The translations under genes were made by a program, and so were the position numbers. The notes beneath the pieces were generated by a model, which was not told where the DNA came from, ran no database searches, and saw only the letters and a list, made by a program, of their open reading frames with translations. DNA of 64,000 nucleotides from Cyanophora paradoxa CCMP329 (lineage: Eukaryota > Plantae > Glaucophyta), in NCBI GenBank assembly GCA_004431415.1, contig QPMI01000113.1:248001-312000 (forward strand), written 5' to 3'. Shown piece after piece: positions 1-13,374 of this stretch. The stretch's first letter is position 1, and every line of letters starts with the position of its first letter.

Positions 1-1308
1 TGACTCGCGGGATGCCGGGGGCGTCATCCAGGTTCGATCCCGGGCAACTCGCCGCGCCCCGCAAGCGCTGACGGCCGCCGCCAGTCGTTCCACTTCATGT
101 GGTTCCTATCCTACGCGCTTGGAGACGCCATCTTCTGCGTCACGCGCCTGCACGATGACAAGTGCGCCCGCTAGCCCGCCCGCCAGCCCGCCAGCCCGCA
201 GCTCGACTCGAGCTCGAACCCGAGCGCAGGTTCTCGTACATGGAGTTCCTCGTGCTGACGCTGGCGTCGGGCTTCTTCGCGCTGATGAGCCCGCGCTGGA
301 ACTGGTCCGGCCGCGTCGCCCTCATGCTCGTCTACCTCGGGATGTGCGCCGGCGCCCCTCCTCTCCCCTCCCTTAACCCCCCTCTAAGCCCACCCGGCGC
401 CGCCGGCAGGTTCCTGTTCTTCGTGCTGGACATCTACGGGCGGACGGACTACTCCTCCGCCCTCATCCTCGTCTCCCTCGTCGCCCTCTCCCTCCTCGCC
501 ACCTTCCTCTTCTTCTTCATCTACCCCCACATCACCCGCTGGCGCGCAACCGCCCCCCCCCCCTCCCCGTCTCCCCGCCGGAGCTGAGCCGGCGCCGCCC
601 CCGCAGGTACGTGATCCGGCTCTTCTCGATGGCCTCCTCGAAGGGCCCGGAGATCGTCGTGGAGGACCCCAGCAACCCCGACCTCAACAGCTACGAGTTC
701 GAGGCGCGCTCTCCCTTCTCCCCGCCGCCTCACCCGCGCCACCCCCGCGAGCCGCCGGCACCCCAGGAGCGGAGCCTCGCCTGGCTCTGCTACCCCCCGT
801 GCTACCAGCCCCCCACGTACAAGGTCATCTACAAGGGTACCGCTTCTCCTGCCTCTCCTCGTCTCCCCCGCTTGCGGCTCACGCGGCCGGGCGGCAGGCC
901 CGCTGCGCAACGGCAAGCCGAACGGCATGGGTGCGCTCTTCTTGCCCGCCGCGCGGTGCCGCGCAGACCGACGAGGGGCGGGCAGGCCAGTGGATGGACA
1001 CGAACTATCGCGGGGAGCACCTCGTCGGCTACTGGCAGGTGCAGGGCCCCGGCGAGGTCCCGCCCCGCCGCCCGGGATCAGAGGCGGGGGGGCGGCAGGA
1101 CGGGTGCCCCGTCGGCCCCTTCGACAGCGAGGAGGCCGACACCGGCAACCTCTTCACCAACCGTCCGCCCCGCCGCCCCGCTGCCCGGCCGCCCCGCCCC
1201 TCCCCGCCTGAGCGCGCCCCGCCCCGCCCCGCCCCGCGCAGTGCGCATGATCTTCTCGACGAACGGGAAGGGCTTCCGCAAGTGCGCCCCCGCGCATCAG
1301 GGAGTTTT
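1..1308 (+). repeat. Duplicate (3'-truncated) copy of 5771-7078, i.e. part of the TM/DUF900-like gene; right-hand end of a ~5.77 kb tandem duplication unit
   Basis: Base-for-base match to 5771 onward apart from single-base homopolymer indels; identical ORF translations (162..587 vs 5933.., 611.. vs 6381..); similarity ends at ...CATCAGGGAGTTT. Confidence 0.95.
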
Positions 1309-1326
1309 TCGCGAGGTGCCCCCGCT

Positions 1327-4300
1327 GGGGGCACCTCGGCGCGGACGGGGTCCTTGATGCCGACGATGGCGACGAGGGTGAGGTCCCGCTCGACGGCCTC
1401 GGGGGCCGTGCCCTCGGCCACGGGGCCCTCGAGGTCCCGGTACGCGATCCCGATCGTCCGCAGGCCCTCCGACGCGAACTCTGCCGCCCCCGCTCAGCCC
1501 CTGCCCCGCCCCGCCCCACAACTCCCCTCCCGCCGGCGGCGCACCGGTGATGGCGTCGGCGTACTCCTTCTGGCGGGCGGCGTCGAGCAGCTCGCGCTCG
1601 CCCTCGGCCGTCAGGAAGGAGCCGCAGAGCCCGAGGACGATCTCCGAGGCGCCCTTGACGTGCAGCCGCGGGCCCCGCTCCGCCTCGATCGCCCTGCGCG
1701 GGGCGTCGAACCGGCCCGCTGCGCGGGGCGGGCGCGGGGCCGGCGCACGTGGACATGCGCTTGCGGTCGGAGGAGAAGGCGCAGTTCCACTGGACGGGGC
1801 GGCGGGCGCGGGTCTGCTTGTAGTCGGTGCCGATCTTCTGGGCGAAGACGAGGAGGGCGCCCTCGGTCTTGGAGCCGACGAAGAGGAGCTGCCCGGGCTT
1901 CTGCGGGTCCTCCTCGATGAAGCACGTCGAGTTGGTGGCGATGCCCTCCCCCAGCAGCTTCGCCAGGCCCCCGTCGATCCCCCGCATCGCCTCCGAGAGG
2001 TCCGCCGCCTGCCCCGCCCCCCGCCTCAGCCGCCGCCCCCGGAGGAGACGCGCAGCGGGGGGGCGGGCGGGGGGCACCTGGAGGCCCTCGAGCCTGCGGC
2101 CGGCAAGGAGGGCGCGCACGACCGTCATCCGGTTCTCGGTCAGCGTCCCCGTCTTGTCCGAGCAGATGCACGTCGCCTGGCCCATCGTCTCCGAGGCGTG
2201 CAGGTTCCGTACGAAGTTGTTCAGCTTGAGGAGGTGCGTCATGCCGTGGGCGAGGGAGAGGGTCGTCGCCAGCGGCAGGCCGTCCGGCACGGCGACGAGC
2301 AGCAGCGTGATGCACACCACGATGTTGTCCACCAGCTGCCGCCCCCCAGGTCAGCGGGGCGCCCATGCCCCGCGCGCTCCGCATCTGCCACGCCCCCCGC
2401 CGCCGCGCACCATGACGAGGCTGCCCCTCTTGTTGACGATCTCGCCGTAGCCGTTGTCGCCGCGGAAGTTGGAGCCCTGCCAGCCGTACATGACCGTGTC
2501 GCGGATCCACCAGCCGGAGAGCGCGATGAAGGTGAGGACGGAGACGAGGGTGCCGATCTTGGAGACCTTGACCGCCATCCCGGAGAGCTGCTCCTGCAGC
2601 GGCGTCTCCTGGTGGATCTGCGAGTTCTGTGCCGGGTCCAGCGTCAGCCCCCGCGCGCGGCTTCCCCGCCTCGGACTCGGGGGCGAACCAGGAGCTCCTG
2701 GATCTGGCCGCCGGTGGTGAGGCGCCCGACGGTCGTGATGAGGATCTTGCCGCTCCCCTCGGTCACCTGCGTGCCGGCTGCGCCCGGGCGCTCAGCGGGG
2801 CGCGCGGGGGCGAGGGGCACGGGCAGGGGGAGCGGGGCCGGGCACCGAACATGAAGGGGTGCTCGGGGCCCTTCTTGACGGGGATCGTCTCCCCCGTGAG
2901 CGGCGACTCGTCGATCGTCAGGTCTGCGCGGGGCGGGCCGTCGGGGCGGGGCGGGGCGGGGCGGGCGGGGACGGCGCACTGCGGCCGGAGATGAAGAGGC
3001 CGTCGGCGGGGACCTCGTCGCCCGTCGCCAGCACCACCACGTCGCCCACCGCCACGTCTGCACCCGCCGCCCCGTCAGCACCCAGGCCCTCTCCGACGGC
3101 CCCGCACCGCCCCGCCGGCGCCCATCACAGCTCACCCCACGACGTGATCTGCATCTCCTCGCCGTTCCTCATCGCCTGCTCTCACGTCACATCCGCCCCG
3201 AGACGCAGGACCTTTTGCCGCGGCACCTTGCACTGCTTCTCGGTGGCCTTCTCCATGATCTTGCGGAACTTGCGCTCCTTCGACCAGTCGTTGCCGCACG
3301 TGCAGAGCACCACTGCGCGCGCCCCGATCCCGGTCAGGTGGTTCACCCTCGGCGAAAGCGTTAAAACGGGCGCCGCACCGATGCCGACGGTGACTGAAAT
3401 ACTGATTCCTGCAATGCACGAGGATGTTCGCGTCGGCTGTGCGGCCGAAAACACGACGAAATAATAATGATAACCGTGCACCCTCGTGCCAGCCTGTGCT
3501 GGGGTCTTGGATGCACCCGACGACCAGCGTCACGAGACCTCCCACGATCAGAATCTGAGCGGTGTCGACGTCGGTAGTCAGCGAGAGCCACCAGAGTCCA
3601 TCAGTCATCACTCGGGGTGCTCACCTGGAGCACGCGGTCCTGCAGGGATTGCCACACCAGGCCCAGGAAGGACTTGGCCGGCGGCGGGGGGATCTTGTTG
3701 CTCCCGAACCTGCCACCATAAGAGGACGCAGAGGCTGGCGCGCAGGGTGGAGGGCGCACGCTTCACGGCGGAGGGCCAGGTCGGCCGGCTGTCCCGAGAG
3801 CCCGTTGCCGACGTCCGTCTTCAGCATCTTCGCCAGGCCCTCCACACCGCCATGCTGCTTGAGCGTCTCCAACAGCTCAGGCTTCTCCCGCTGCGGATAG
3901 GCAAGGGCGGCGGTCAGGCCGCAATTTGATCCGGGAAAGATCTGGCGCGAACGTTGTCGAAATTGACGATCTCCGTCAGCTTCTCTGCGGAGAGTGGGAA
4001 GGGCCCGTCGTGCTTGTCGCCAACAGGGATGCGGACGTCATGTGCTGCTCCGGCCGCGGTGGTATTCGGCGACGGGGTTGTGCCGGCGCCGTCGAGGGAC
4101 ACCATTCTAACGGGCTGCTCCATCGGGGGAAGTGACTTTGAGCTGAGCTTGCCGATCTCCGCGCTCTGCTGCGGCTTTTGGATAGGTGGGAGCTCCCGCG
4201 GGGTCGATTTCGCGGATCCGATCTGGCTGTACAGGGGCTGAACGACGTCCTCAGTGACTGCCCCCGTTGAGTGCGAGGTCATAATGTTCCCCTACAACCT

Positions 4301-4519
4301 GCGGACGGGGGATGTCAGTCTCATCACGATCGGGGCCGGGCGTCCCGCCCCGTCAGCCGGGACAGAGCTTGACTGATTTATTATTGAACTGTCCAACGGC
4401 TTCCCAACCCCTGGGGAATATTCGAGAGGCCTAGAGGGACGCCCTACTCTGTCGGCAAGTGAAGGGAAGCCTCGGTTGGACCCGGATCCGGAGGCGATCC
4501 AATTCGAGGACCTCGACAT
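1327..4519 (-). pseudogene. P-type IIB (PMCA/ACA-like) Ca2+-transporting ATPase, spliced; C-terminal half cut off at the duplication junction
   Basis: Motifs HGGVEGLAKMLKTD, DESPLTGET, VAVPDGLPLATTLSLA, phosphorylation motif CSDKTGTLTENRM (~2130-2165), GSKTEGALL, FSSDRKRMS, KGASE and VGIKDPVRAEVP. No GDGxND hinge or TM5-10 before the junction at ~1310. Start codon uncertain (4519 or 4282). Confidence 0.85.
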
Positions 4520-5184
4520 TTTACTGCAAGGCCCAGCGAGGGGAGGCGAGCCCGAATGGTCGGAATGAACTACTCTATCCCTGGCTGGGCTTTGACGGGC
4601 GAGGGGCTAAGGGGCGGCTGGCGCGCAGCGGATCGTGCGCCCAGCGGCCGCAACGAGCTGGCAGAACTAGAGCAGAGCCCGGGGCTGGATAATGATGACA
4701 ACCAGAGAGAGGAAGTTTGCGCACCTATCTCGCAGACCGAGGGCGCAGGCCTGGGTCTCCGGAACTGAACCTGGGCTGCGGCTACGCTGGCTGCGGGCTG
4801 GGCTGATGCTCTTGCGCGTGAGCTCGTCCAGCTGCGGCTCTCTATGCGATATGCTTCCACTTCCTGAACCGAACTGGCAGTTCCTTCTTCCTGCCGCCGA
4901 ACGTCGCGAACTCGGGCGGCCGGCGCCGTCGGGGGCGCGGCTGCTAAAGGGCCGGCGACGATGCGCGTGGAGACAGAGAGAGAGATTCCTCTTGCTGCTG
5001 CGATGCAGGAGCTTGCGCAATTGCAAGGAGCCGGGCCCCAGCTTCTTGCGGCTTTTTCAATTATGTATCGCCGCGGAACCCCGATAATGGAGGCAACGTG
5101 GGGGTAGACGCGCCGTTGGCTTGCCGGTGGCGAAAGCTTGTACCCCCCTTTCCCGGTTCCGGGTTCATTCCGGGTTCAGGCGCG

Positions 5185-8100
5185 ATGGAGAGCGGGCGTC
5201 TGCAGCTTCTCGACGCGAAGGAGCGGAGCGACATGCTGGAGCGACACGGCAGTACACCAGAGCCCCCCAAACTTTCGCCCCGGCCGGCGAGCCGGGATCC
5301 CCCAGCGCCGCCGACGGAGCGCGAGCCGTCGGGCGATGTGGAGAGCGCCCTAGCGCTCGACCGCAACACCTCGAGGGCGTTGACTTCCTCCGACCGAACG
5401 CACTCCAGGCCGACGCGCTCCAAGTCGCTACCGCGCACGAGCAGCCTGCCAGCAGCACCACAGGCGGTTACGATAAACTTCACATCGGCCGCGGTGGCCA
5501 CGAGCAGCCTGCGCGACAGCGCCTCTTCCGCCAGCGAACCCAACGCAAACGACGAGAACTCGGTTGCGCGCGAGGAAGACCGCGTGCCGCTCGAGATTCG
5601 ACAGGGGCTGCTCGAGTGCGTAAAACCTCCCCCGGCCCTCGCCGCCCCGTTCTGACCAGCGGCGGCACCTCCGACAGAACGTACTGGACGGTGAGCGCCG
5701 AACGCCCGCCCCGTCCGACGCCGCTCGCCGACTCTTTGCGCGCAGATGAAGGAGCGCTGGTGGTCCCGCGTGACTCGCGGGGATGCCGGGGGCGTCATCC
5801 AGGTTCGATCCCGGGCAACTCGCCGCGCCCCGCAAGCGCTGACGGCCGCCGCCAGTCGTTCCACTTCATGTGGTTCCTATCCTACGCGCTTGGAGACGCC
5901 ATCTTCTGCGTCACGCGCCTGCACGATGACAAGTGCGCCCGCTAGCCCGCCCGCCAGCCCGCCAGCCCGCAGCTCGACTCGAGCTCGAACCCGAGCGCAG
6001 GTTCTCGTACATGGAGTTCCTCGTGCTGACGCTGGCGTCGGGCTTCTTCGCGCTGATGAGCCCGCGCTGGAACTGGTCCGGCCGCGTCGCCCTCATGCTC
6101 GTCTACCTCGGGATGTGCGCCGGCGCCCCTCCTCTCCCCTCCCTTAACCCCCCTCTAAGCCCACCCGGCGCCGCCGGCAGGTTCCTGTTCTTCGTGCTGG
6201 ACATCTACGGGCGGACGGACTACTCCTCCGCCCTCATCCTCGTCTCCCTCGTCGCCCTCTCCCTCCTCGCCACCTTCCTCTTCTTCTTCATCTACCCCCA
6301 CATCACCCGCTGGCGCGCAACCGCCCCCCCCCCCTCCCGTCTCCCCGCCGGAGCTGAGCCGGCGCCGCCCCCGCAGGTACGTGATCCGGCTCTTCTCGAT
6401 GGCCTCCTCGAAGGGCCCGGAGATCGTCGTGGAGGACCCCAGCAACCCCGACCTCAACAGCTACGAGTTCGAGGCGCGCTCTCCCTTCTCCCCGCCGCCT
6501 CACCCGCGCCACCCCCGCGAGCCGCCGGCACCCCAGGAGCGGAGCCTCGCCTGGCTCTGCTACCCCCCGTGCTACCAGCCCCCCACGTACAAGGTCATCT
6601 ACAAGGGTACCGCTTCTCCTGCCTCTCCTCGTCTCCCCCCGCTTGCGGCTCACGCGGCCGGGCGGCAGGCCCGCTGCGCAACGGCAAGCCGAACGGCATG
6701 GGTGCGCTCTTCTTGCCCGCCGCGCGGTGCCGCGCAGACCGACGAGGGGCGGGCAGGCCAGTGGATGGACACGAACTATCGCGGGGAGCACCTCGTCGGC
6801 TACTGGCAGGTGCAGGGCCCCGGCGAGGTCCCGCCCCGCCGCCCGGGATCAGAGGCGGGGGGGCGGCAGGACGGGTGCCCCGTCGGCCCCTTCGACAGCG
6901 AGGAGGCCGACACCGGCAACCTCTTCACCAACCGTCCGCCCCGCCGCCCCGCTGCCCGGCCGCCCCGCCCCTCCCCGCCTGAGCGCGCCCCGCCCCGCCC
7001 CGCCCCGCGCAGTGCGCATGATCTTCTCGACGAACGGGAAGGGCTTCCGCAAGTGCGCCCCCGCGCATCAGGGAGTTTCGCGCGCGCTGCGCCCCGCTGA
7101 AGGCGGGCGGGCAGGATGGACGTCAAGTTCGGGGTGGCGAGCGTCGAGTGCTCCGTCTCCGGCTCCTTCCTCGCCGTCCGCCCCCGCCCCCGCACCCCGC
7201 GTCGCCTCCAGCGGGGCGCGACGCCGGCGGCAGGGCTACCCGCTCGTCTCGTTCATCAAGGAGCCGACGCCGTGCCACTGCCGGGCGGCGTGCCACTGCG
7301 TCAAGGGCCTCCTCGAGAACTGCAACTACCGCCACATCAACGAGATGCTCGAGCGGGCGCGCCCGCCGCCCCGCCCCGCCCCCCGGCCCCGCCCCTCCCC
7401 CGAGCGCCCGCCGCGGCGCAGAAGCGGGTGGTCGTCTCGATCGACCCGCGCACCGAGAGCCTCACCGTCACCGGCTTCGAGTCGACGAGGCGGCGGCCCC
7501 AGGTGCGCGGTGCAGCGCGTGCGGCGGGGCGGCGGCGGGCGCTGAGGGCGCGGGGCCGGCAGGAGGTGAAGATCTCGGTGGAGAAGGCGGAGGGCCGGCG
7601 GGCGCGCCTCGCCCTCGACCCCTCCTGGGCCCCCTCCGCCGGCACCGGCGAGGTTCCCTCTCAGAGCCCCCGCTGCGCTTCACGGGGGGCGGGGCCTCAC
7701 GGGGCGGGGACGGGGGGCAGGCGCTGCTCTTCATCCACGGGCTGAACCACACGCTGGAGGACGGCGTGCGGCGCTTCGGGCAGCTCCTCGGCCTCGCCCA
7801 CTTCCCCGCCCGTCCGCCCCGCCCCGCCCCGCCCCGTCCCGCCGCTCTCCTCCGCCGGAGCGAGGCCGAGCGGGCCGCTGGGCGGGCAGACATCAAGCCC
7901 TTCCTCTTCCACTGGCCGGCGGGGACCTCCTTCCTGACCTACTGGTGCGCCTACAACATCTCGGCGGAGACCTCGGTGGGCCCCCCTGCGCTGCCGGCGC
8001 GGGGCGCGTTGCGAGGGGCCCCAGGTGCACTACGACCTCCGCTCCTTCATCGAGTCCATCCGCAACGCCGGCGTGCGCCGCCCCGCCCCCGCGCCCCCGC

Positions 8101-9373
8101 CACGCCCCGCCCCGCCCGCCCGCCCGCCCCGCCCGCCCCGGCCCGGCCCGATGCTCGAGCGCGGCAGATCCGGCATCTGCACGTGGTGATGCACTCCATG
8201 GGCACGCGCGTCTTCCTCCGCTCCTTCGCCGCCCTCAAGGAGCTCCTCACTGAGCGGCCCGCCCCGCCCGGCCCCGCCCCGCGCCCCTCTTCCTTCCCCC
8301 GCCGCCTTTCGCCGACGCGGCGCCGCGCAGCTTCCCGCACGTCTACGAGGACGGGACGACGAGCAAGCCGGCCGGCAGCTTCGGCTCCTCCGGCTCCGCC
8401 GCCGGACCCTCCTCCTCGCAGAAGGAGCCGGGTACCCGCCAACCAGCGCCCCGCTCCCCTGGCCCTGCGCCCGGCTCAGGCGACGCGCAGTGGGCAAGTC
8501 GCCGAGCTTCGCGGATCGGGACGGGCGCTCCACCGCCGGCGACGAGGAGGCCGCCCACTCCACCCACGTCCGCCCATCCCGCCCGCACCGCCCGGCGCAC
8601 TGTGCGCCCCGCGACCGGCACGCGCGCCGGCCGTCGCAGAACGACAAGAAGATGTCGCTCCTCTCCCTGACCTTCCTCAACCCCGACTACGGTGCCCCGC
8701 CTCGGCCCGCTCCCCGCCCCACGCACGGCTGACCGCACCCGCCCCCAGATCTCGCCTGCTTCCGCGACACCGACTTCTGTCAGATCCGCAAGGTGCCCCC
8801 CCGCTCGCCCCCGGCCGCGCCGCGCCCCCCGCGGGAGCTGAGCGCAGCCTCGGCGCGCAGTACTGCGACCAGGTGACGCTGTACGCGGACAACCGAGACG
8901 TCGCCATCCAATGCGCGCGCTGGTTCCAGGCGCGCCCCGCCCGCGCCTACCGCGGCCGCCCCGCCCCTCCCGCGTGACGCGCCCGCGGCGCAGGCGATGA
9001 CCTTCTGCTTCCCGCACGCGCCGAACCTCGGGCACTGCGTGCGGCCACTAAAGTCGCAGTGCGCGCCTCGGGCCTCGCCGCCTCGCCCTCGCCTTCCCCC
9101 GTGAGCGGGGCCGGGACAGGATCACGGGGCGCAACCTCGACATCGACATCGTGGACACGTCGGACCTCCAGGCGCGGCCTCCCCCCCCTCCCCCCGCCCC
9201 GCCCCGCCCCTGAGGGGCGGGCAGCACAACATGTCGTCGCACTACCACTCGGCCTTCAACGTGAACCGCGGCCTCGTCGACGACCTCCACGACATCATCG
9301 TCTCCCGCCTCGTCCGCCCCCGCCCGCCCCCTCCCTTCCCCCGCTCCACCCCCACACCCCTCACCTCCCCGCG

Positions 9374-9416
<43 letters not shown>

Positions 9417-9585
9417 CCTCTCCCCCGCCCGCCCGCCCCGCAGCGCGCCGAGGACAGGAAGTCGCGCCTCACGTACCGCGACGGATGTGCGCCGGGGGCC
9501 ACCCTCGCCGCCCCTCCCCGCGTCTCACGCCGCTCCGCCAGATTACCGCTTCCTGGTCGTGCCCCCTTCGGTCGTCATGGTGTAG
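5185..9585 (+). CDS. Multi-exon protein with N-terminal TM segments and a C-terminal DUF900-like alpha/beta hydrolase domain
   Basis: Hydrophobic exons 5860-6400; hydrolase motifs LLFIHGLNHT, FLFHWPAG, nucleophile elbow HVVMHSMG (~8180-8205), VTLYADNRD, HYHSAFN; spliced frame ends YRFLVVPPSVVMV* at 9585. Confidence 0.75.
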
Positions 9586-9931
9586 CCCGAGCTCGAGCTC
9601 ACCCCCCGCCGTGAGCCTGGGCGTCCTCTCTTTTTTCGCCCCTCGCTGGACGTTGCTGGCTCTCGGTCTCGGTATTTTTGGCGCAGCGCTAGCTGAGCTG
9701 CAGCCTGCAGCGTATTAAGTCCAGATAAGAGTGCCTGTCGCATTTGCTTGTGTACATGTGCCCCTCAGAAACAATGCCCCATTCCTTGCATGCAGACCAT
9801 ACGCATTGGCGGCATTGGCGACAGACCATACCCCAAGTGTGCCCGCGGAAATCGATGCGTCAACTCTCATGCATACGCGTTGAATTGGGGTTACGGGGGA
9901 GGGGGGGTGAGGGGCCGGTTGGGAGCGGGGC

Positions 9932-11990
9932 TCAGGAGGCGGCGCGGGCGGCCTCCTCGATGGCCTCCTCGACCTCGCGCTCGACGTCGGGCGTGCGGAG
10001 GCCGCCCGACGCCGCCCGCGAGGGCCCCCGCGAGCCCCCGCGCGACGACCCCCGCGACCCCGCTCGCGGCGGCGCGCCCCGCGGCGCCCCGCCTGCCGCC
10101 TCCTCGGCAGACGCCGCCGCGGCAGCAACCGCCCTGGCTTGGGGCCGCGCGGCGGCGGCGGCTGGGGCCGGGAGGGGTACGCTGCTCTCGAGGCGGGCGA
10201 CCTTGTCGGTGAGCCTCGAGACGCACTCCTCCTGCTCCCGCGCCTGCCGCAGCGCCTCCTCCAGCGCCCGCTCCAGCGCCACGTCCTGCCCGCCCCGCCC
10301 CGGCGCTGAGGCCCCGCAGCGAGGCACAGGCGGCGCGGGGCGCACGGGCACGGCCTGTGTCGCCCCCGCGCCTCCGCGAGCTCCTGCTGCAGCTTCGCCA
10401 CCGCCTCTGCGGCGTGGCGTCGCGGGCCGGGCGGGCGCCGCGCGGGGCGGGGCGGCACCGCGGTAGAGCGCGATCTCGCTCTCGTGCGCCCTCTCGAGCA
10501 CGCGGCGCTCCGCCTGCCGCGCACCCGCCCCCGCCCCCTTGGACGGAGCGCGGGCGGCACGGGGGCGCGGGCGGCACGGGGCGGGGCGGGGAGGGGCGGG
10601 GCGGGGAGGGGGCGGGGGCGCGGGGCGCACGGCGAGGCGGCCCCGCCACTCGGCCTCGAGCTCTCGCAGCTCCGCGCCGCCGGCCCCGGCCCCCTCCGAC
10701 TGGCCCCGCCCGCACGTCAGAGGCCGCCGGCGGTCAACCGGGCGGGGAAAGGGGGGGGGGGAGGGGGGGGGGGGGGGGGTGCGGACGGCGCGGAGGGAGC
10801 GCTCGGCGGCGGCCTCGGCGGCGCGGCGCTCGGCCGCCAGCTGCCGCTCAACCGCCTCCCGCAGGCCCCGCTCCTCCCGCGCCGCACCCTGCCCCGCCCG
10901 GCCCGTGAGCCCCGCCCCGCCCTCCGGTGCCGGGGCGGGCGGGGCACCTCGAGGCGGGCGATGGCGGCGGCCTGCGCCTCGCAGCGGCCCCGCAGCGCCT
11001 GCAGCTCCGCCTCCGCCCGCACCGCCCGGTCCTACGCCGCCCCGCCCCCGAGCCTCGGAGGGCGGCGGCGGCGGAGGCGAGGGCGGCGGGGACCGCGGCG
11101 AGGAGGTCGGAGCGGCGGGCGCCCTCGACCTGCTCCGCCAGCGCCTCCAAGGCCCCGATCTGCCCCCTGCCCGCCCTTCAGACGGGCCGCGCCGGGGGGG
11201 GGGGAAACGGGGCCCACTTGGACTCGAGCTCGCGGACGCGGGCGCGCAGCTCGTCCCGCTCCCGCTGCACGTCCGCGAGCTGCCGGCCGCGCTCGGAGCG
11301 GGACTTGGGAGCGGCGTCTTCGCGGCGGGGGCGCGGACCTTCAGGACCGCGTCCTCGGCGTTCTGCTGCGCGCGCTTGCGCTCCGCCGACTCGTGCGCGA
11401 GGCTGTCGCGGATAGCAGCGACCGCCCCGCCCAGCCGCTGCTTCAGCCTGAGGATCTCGCCCTGCAAGGCCGCCGCCGTCTGGCTGGCGGGCAGAGGGCC
11501 GGGGCCCCCCGCGTGGCCGAGCTGGGGGAAGAGCGGGGCAGAGGAGGGCGGGTTGGTGGTGTAGAGGAAGGGCAGCGGCTCGCTCGTGTACGGCCGCTGC
11601 GCCGACGAGCCAAACAGACGGGCGACCTGCCGGCGCGCCGCGGTCGGAGGCATCCCCACTGCCCCAGCGACCGCACTGACATACCTCCAAACTGACGGAA
11701 TCGATCTCTTTTAGCGCCGCGTCCCGGGACGGCGAGAGCCCGGACAGGGACGCGCCGGCCGCGCCCGGCGAGAAAGCGGACGCGACTGACGGTGGCGCCT
11801 TGAGCGGGGACTGTGGGTAGGACGGATGCGTGCCGGCGGTCGTCCGAGGAGACGCGGGCGACGGCCAAGCCTGGCGCGGCGCGCTAGAGTTGGGAGAGAG
11901 TAGGACCTGGGACGACTTGGGCGAGCGCGGCGTGCCGGCCACGCTATCGGCTGGTCGCTGCGGCGTCATTGGGCTCATGACTGTCGCCAT
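9932..11990 (-). CDS. Hypothetical coiled-coil protein (Ser/Pro-rich N-terminus, E/R/A/L-rich heptad exons)
   Basis: Exons such as LQGEILRLKQRL, LADVQRERDELRARVRELESK, ALERALEEALRQAREQEE separated by typical short introns. Confidence 0.6.
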
Positions 11991-12544
11991 CGCCGGGCGC
12001 GATGCAGAGGCCGCGAGGCGTTCTGTGACGCTGGCGTGGATAACGCTGGCGAGGTAGACGCAGCCAGGCGGGGTTGGCCTCAGTAAGCTTTCGCTGGGTT
12101 TCTGGGAGAGCACGTTCGATAGTGCCGCTCGGAGTAGCTCACGGGGGTCGAAGGATCGGCTGCTCGGCCGAGACCTGACAGCAAGGGCAGAGCTCGCTGG
12201 GGTTCAAGTGGCCTGCTTGAGCTGAAGCTGGCACAAGCGCTCTAGGCCGCGTGGGGCGCCCCTGAAAGTTGGATGGAGCTGGAGCAGGGGTACGCACAGC
12301 AATGCAGCTCGCGAGCCATGCATGAGGAGGAATTCGTTGCCGAGCCTGCGCGAACCTGCGCCGAGGAAGTCAGAGCAGAGGATATCGATATCGCACCGCC
12401 GGTTCTCGTCAGCGTTTCGACGAGTGCCGAGGAGAAGCAGCGATGCGGTGTGCGAGTATTCATTAGCCTAGTAGGTGACGCAGCTTGCAGAACCACACAT
12501 CTCACCAAAACCACAACCTGAACGCACAGTCCCTAATACTCCCT

Positions 12545-13374
12545 ATGGCCAATCTACGTATTCAAGCGCGAAAAAAGTGTCTGACTGCCCTTGAGCACGC
12601 GGAGCTCCCGCAGCTAAACCAGTCAGCCCGGCCCAGCGCCGGAACCAGTCGGCGCCCCCCGGCAGTGCCTGGCGCGCCTCGAGCTCAGCAGCACACGGCG
12701 GAGCGGAAGCGAACATACGACGAGCGCAGCAGCAGCGGTGATGGCAGACTGTGGCGCGCGAATCCGGATGCATATAGAAGCTTCTGTCATGGCGGCGCTC
12801 CCACAGCCGCTAGCGCTCCGTGAGATGGGTGCGCCGTGAATTTTGACTGGTCTCTGGCGCGCTCGTTCGCTTAGCGCACGCCGCCTCCGCGCAGGGGATC
12901 CGGACCACGTAATGCAGATCGAATGCGAGCCGGCGCCGGAGAGCTGGCGAGCTGAGCTTGAGCAGGCCAGCCTGCAGGTCGACTGTGTCATGACCACTTG
13001 TGCGTTCCCGACTGCTTATTCTCGGGGCTTCCTTCCCGCTGATCCCTGCGCGCGCTCTTACAGCTCTCCGCGCCGCGTCGCCCCGGGTCTCATTCTCGGA
13101 GCTGCGCGACGCCTGCTCCGAGCCCGAGAGCCCTCATTCTGATGGCCCCGGCTCCCCTATCATGCCCATGCCCCTCTTCGCGCCCTCCCGCCCGCTCTTG
13201 CCCCGCTGCAGCTGCTCCCAGCCCCCGCTGCCGCCGCGGCCAGCCGCCGCGGAGCCCTCCGCGCCCCGCCGGATGGGGACCATGGCCGGCCGCCGGCGCT
13301 CGGCTCTGGAGGAGTCCCCAGGAGGGGGCCCTCTCGATTCTTCCCACGGCCTCGGCAAGCGGCCTCGAAGCTGA
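12545..13374 (+). CDS. Small spliced hypothetical protein
   Basis: GTGCGC..CGCAG intron (~12829-12894) and GTGCGT..TACAG intron (~13000-13063) join in frame to ORF 13000..13374; the 5' exon structure is uncertain. Confidence 0.4.

Noticed and set aside
9373-9415. Long poly-C/poly-G tracts as special elements
   Set aside because: They lie inside ordinary C-rich introns and their lengths are unreliable in long-read assemblies.
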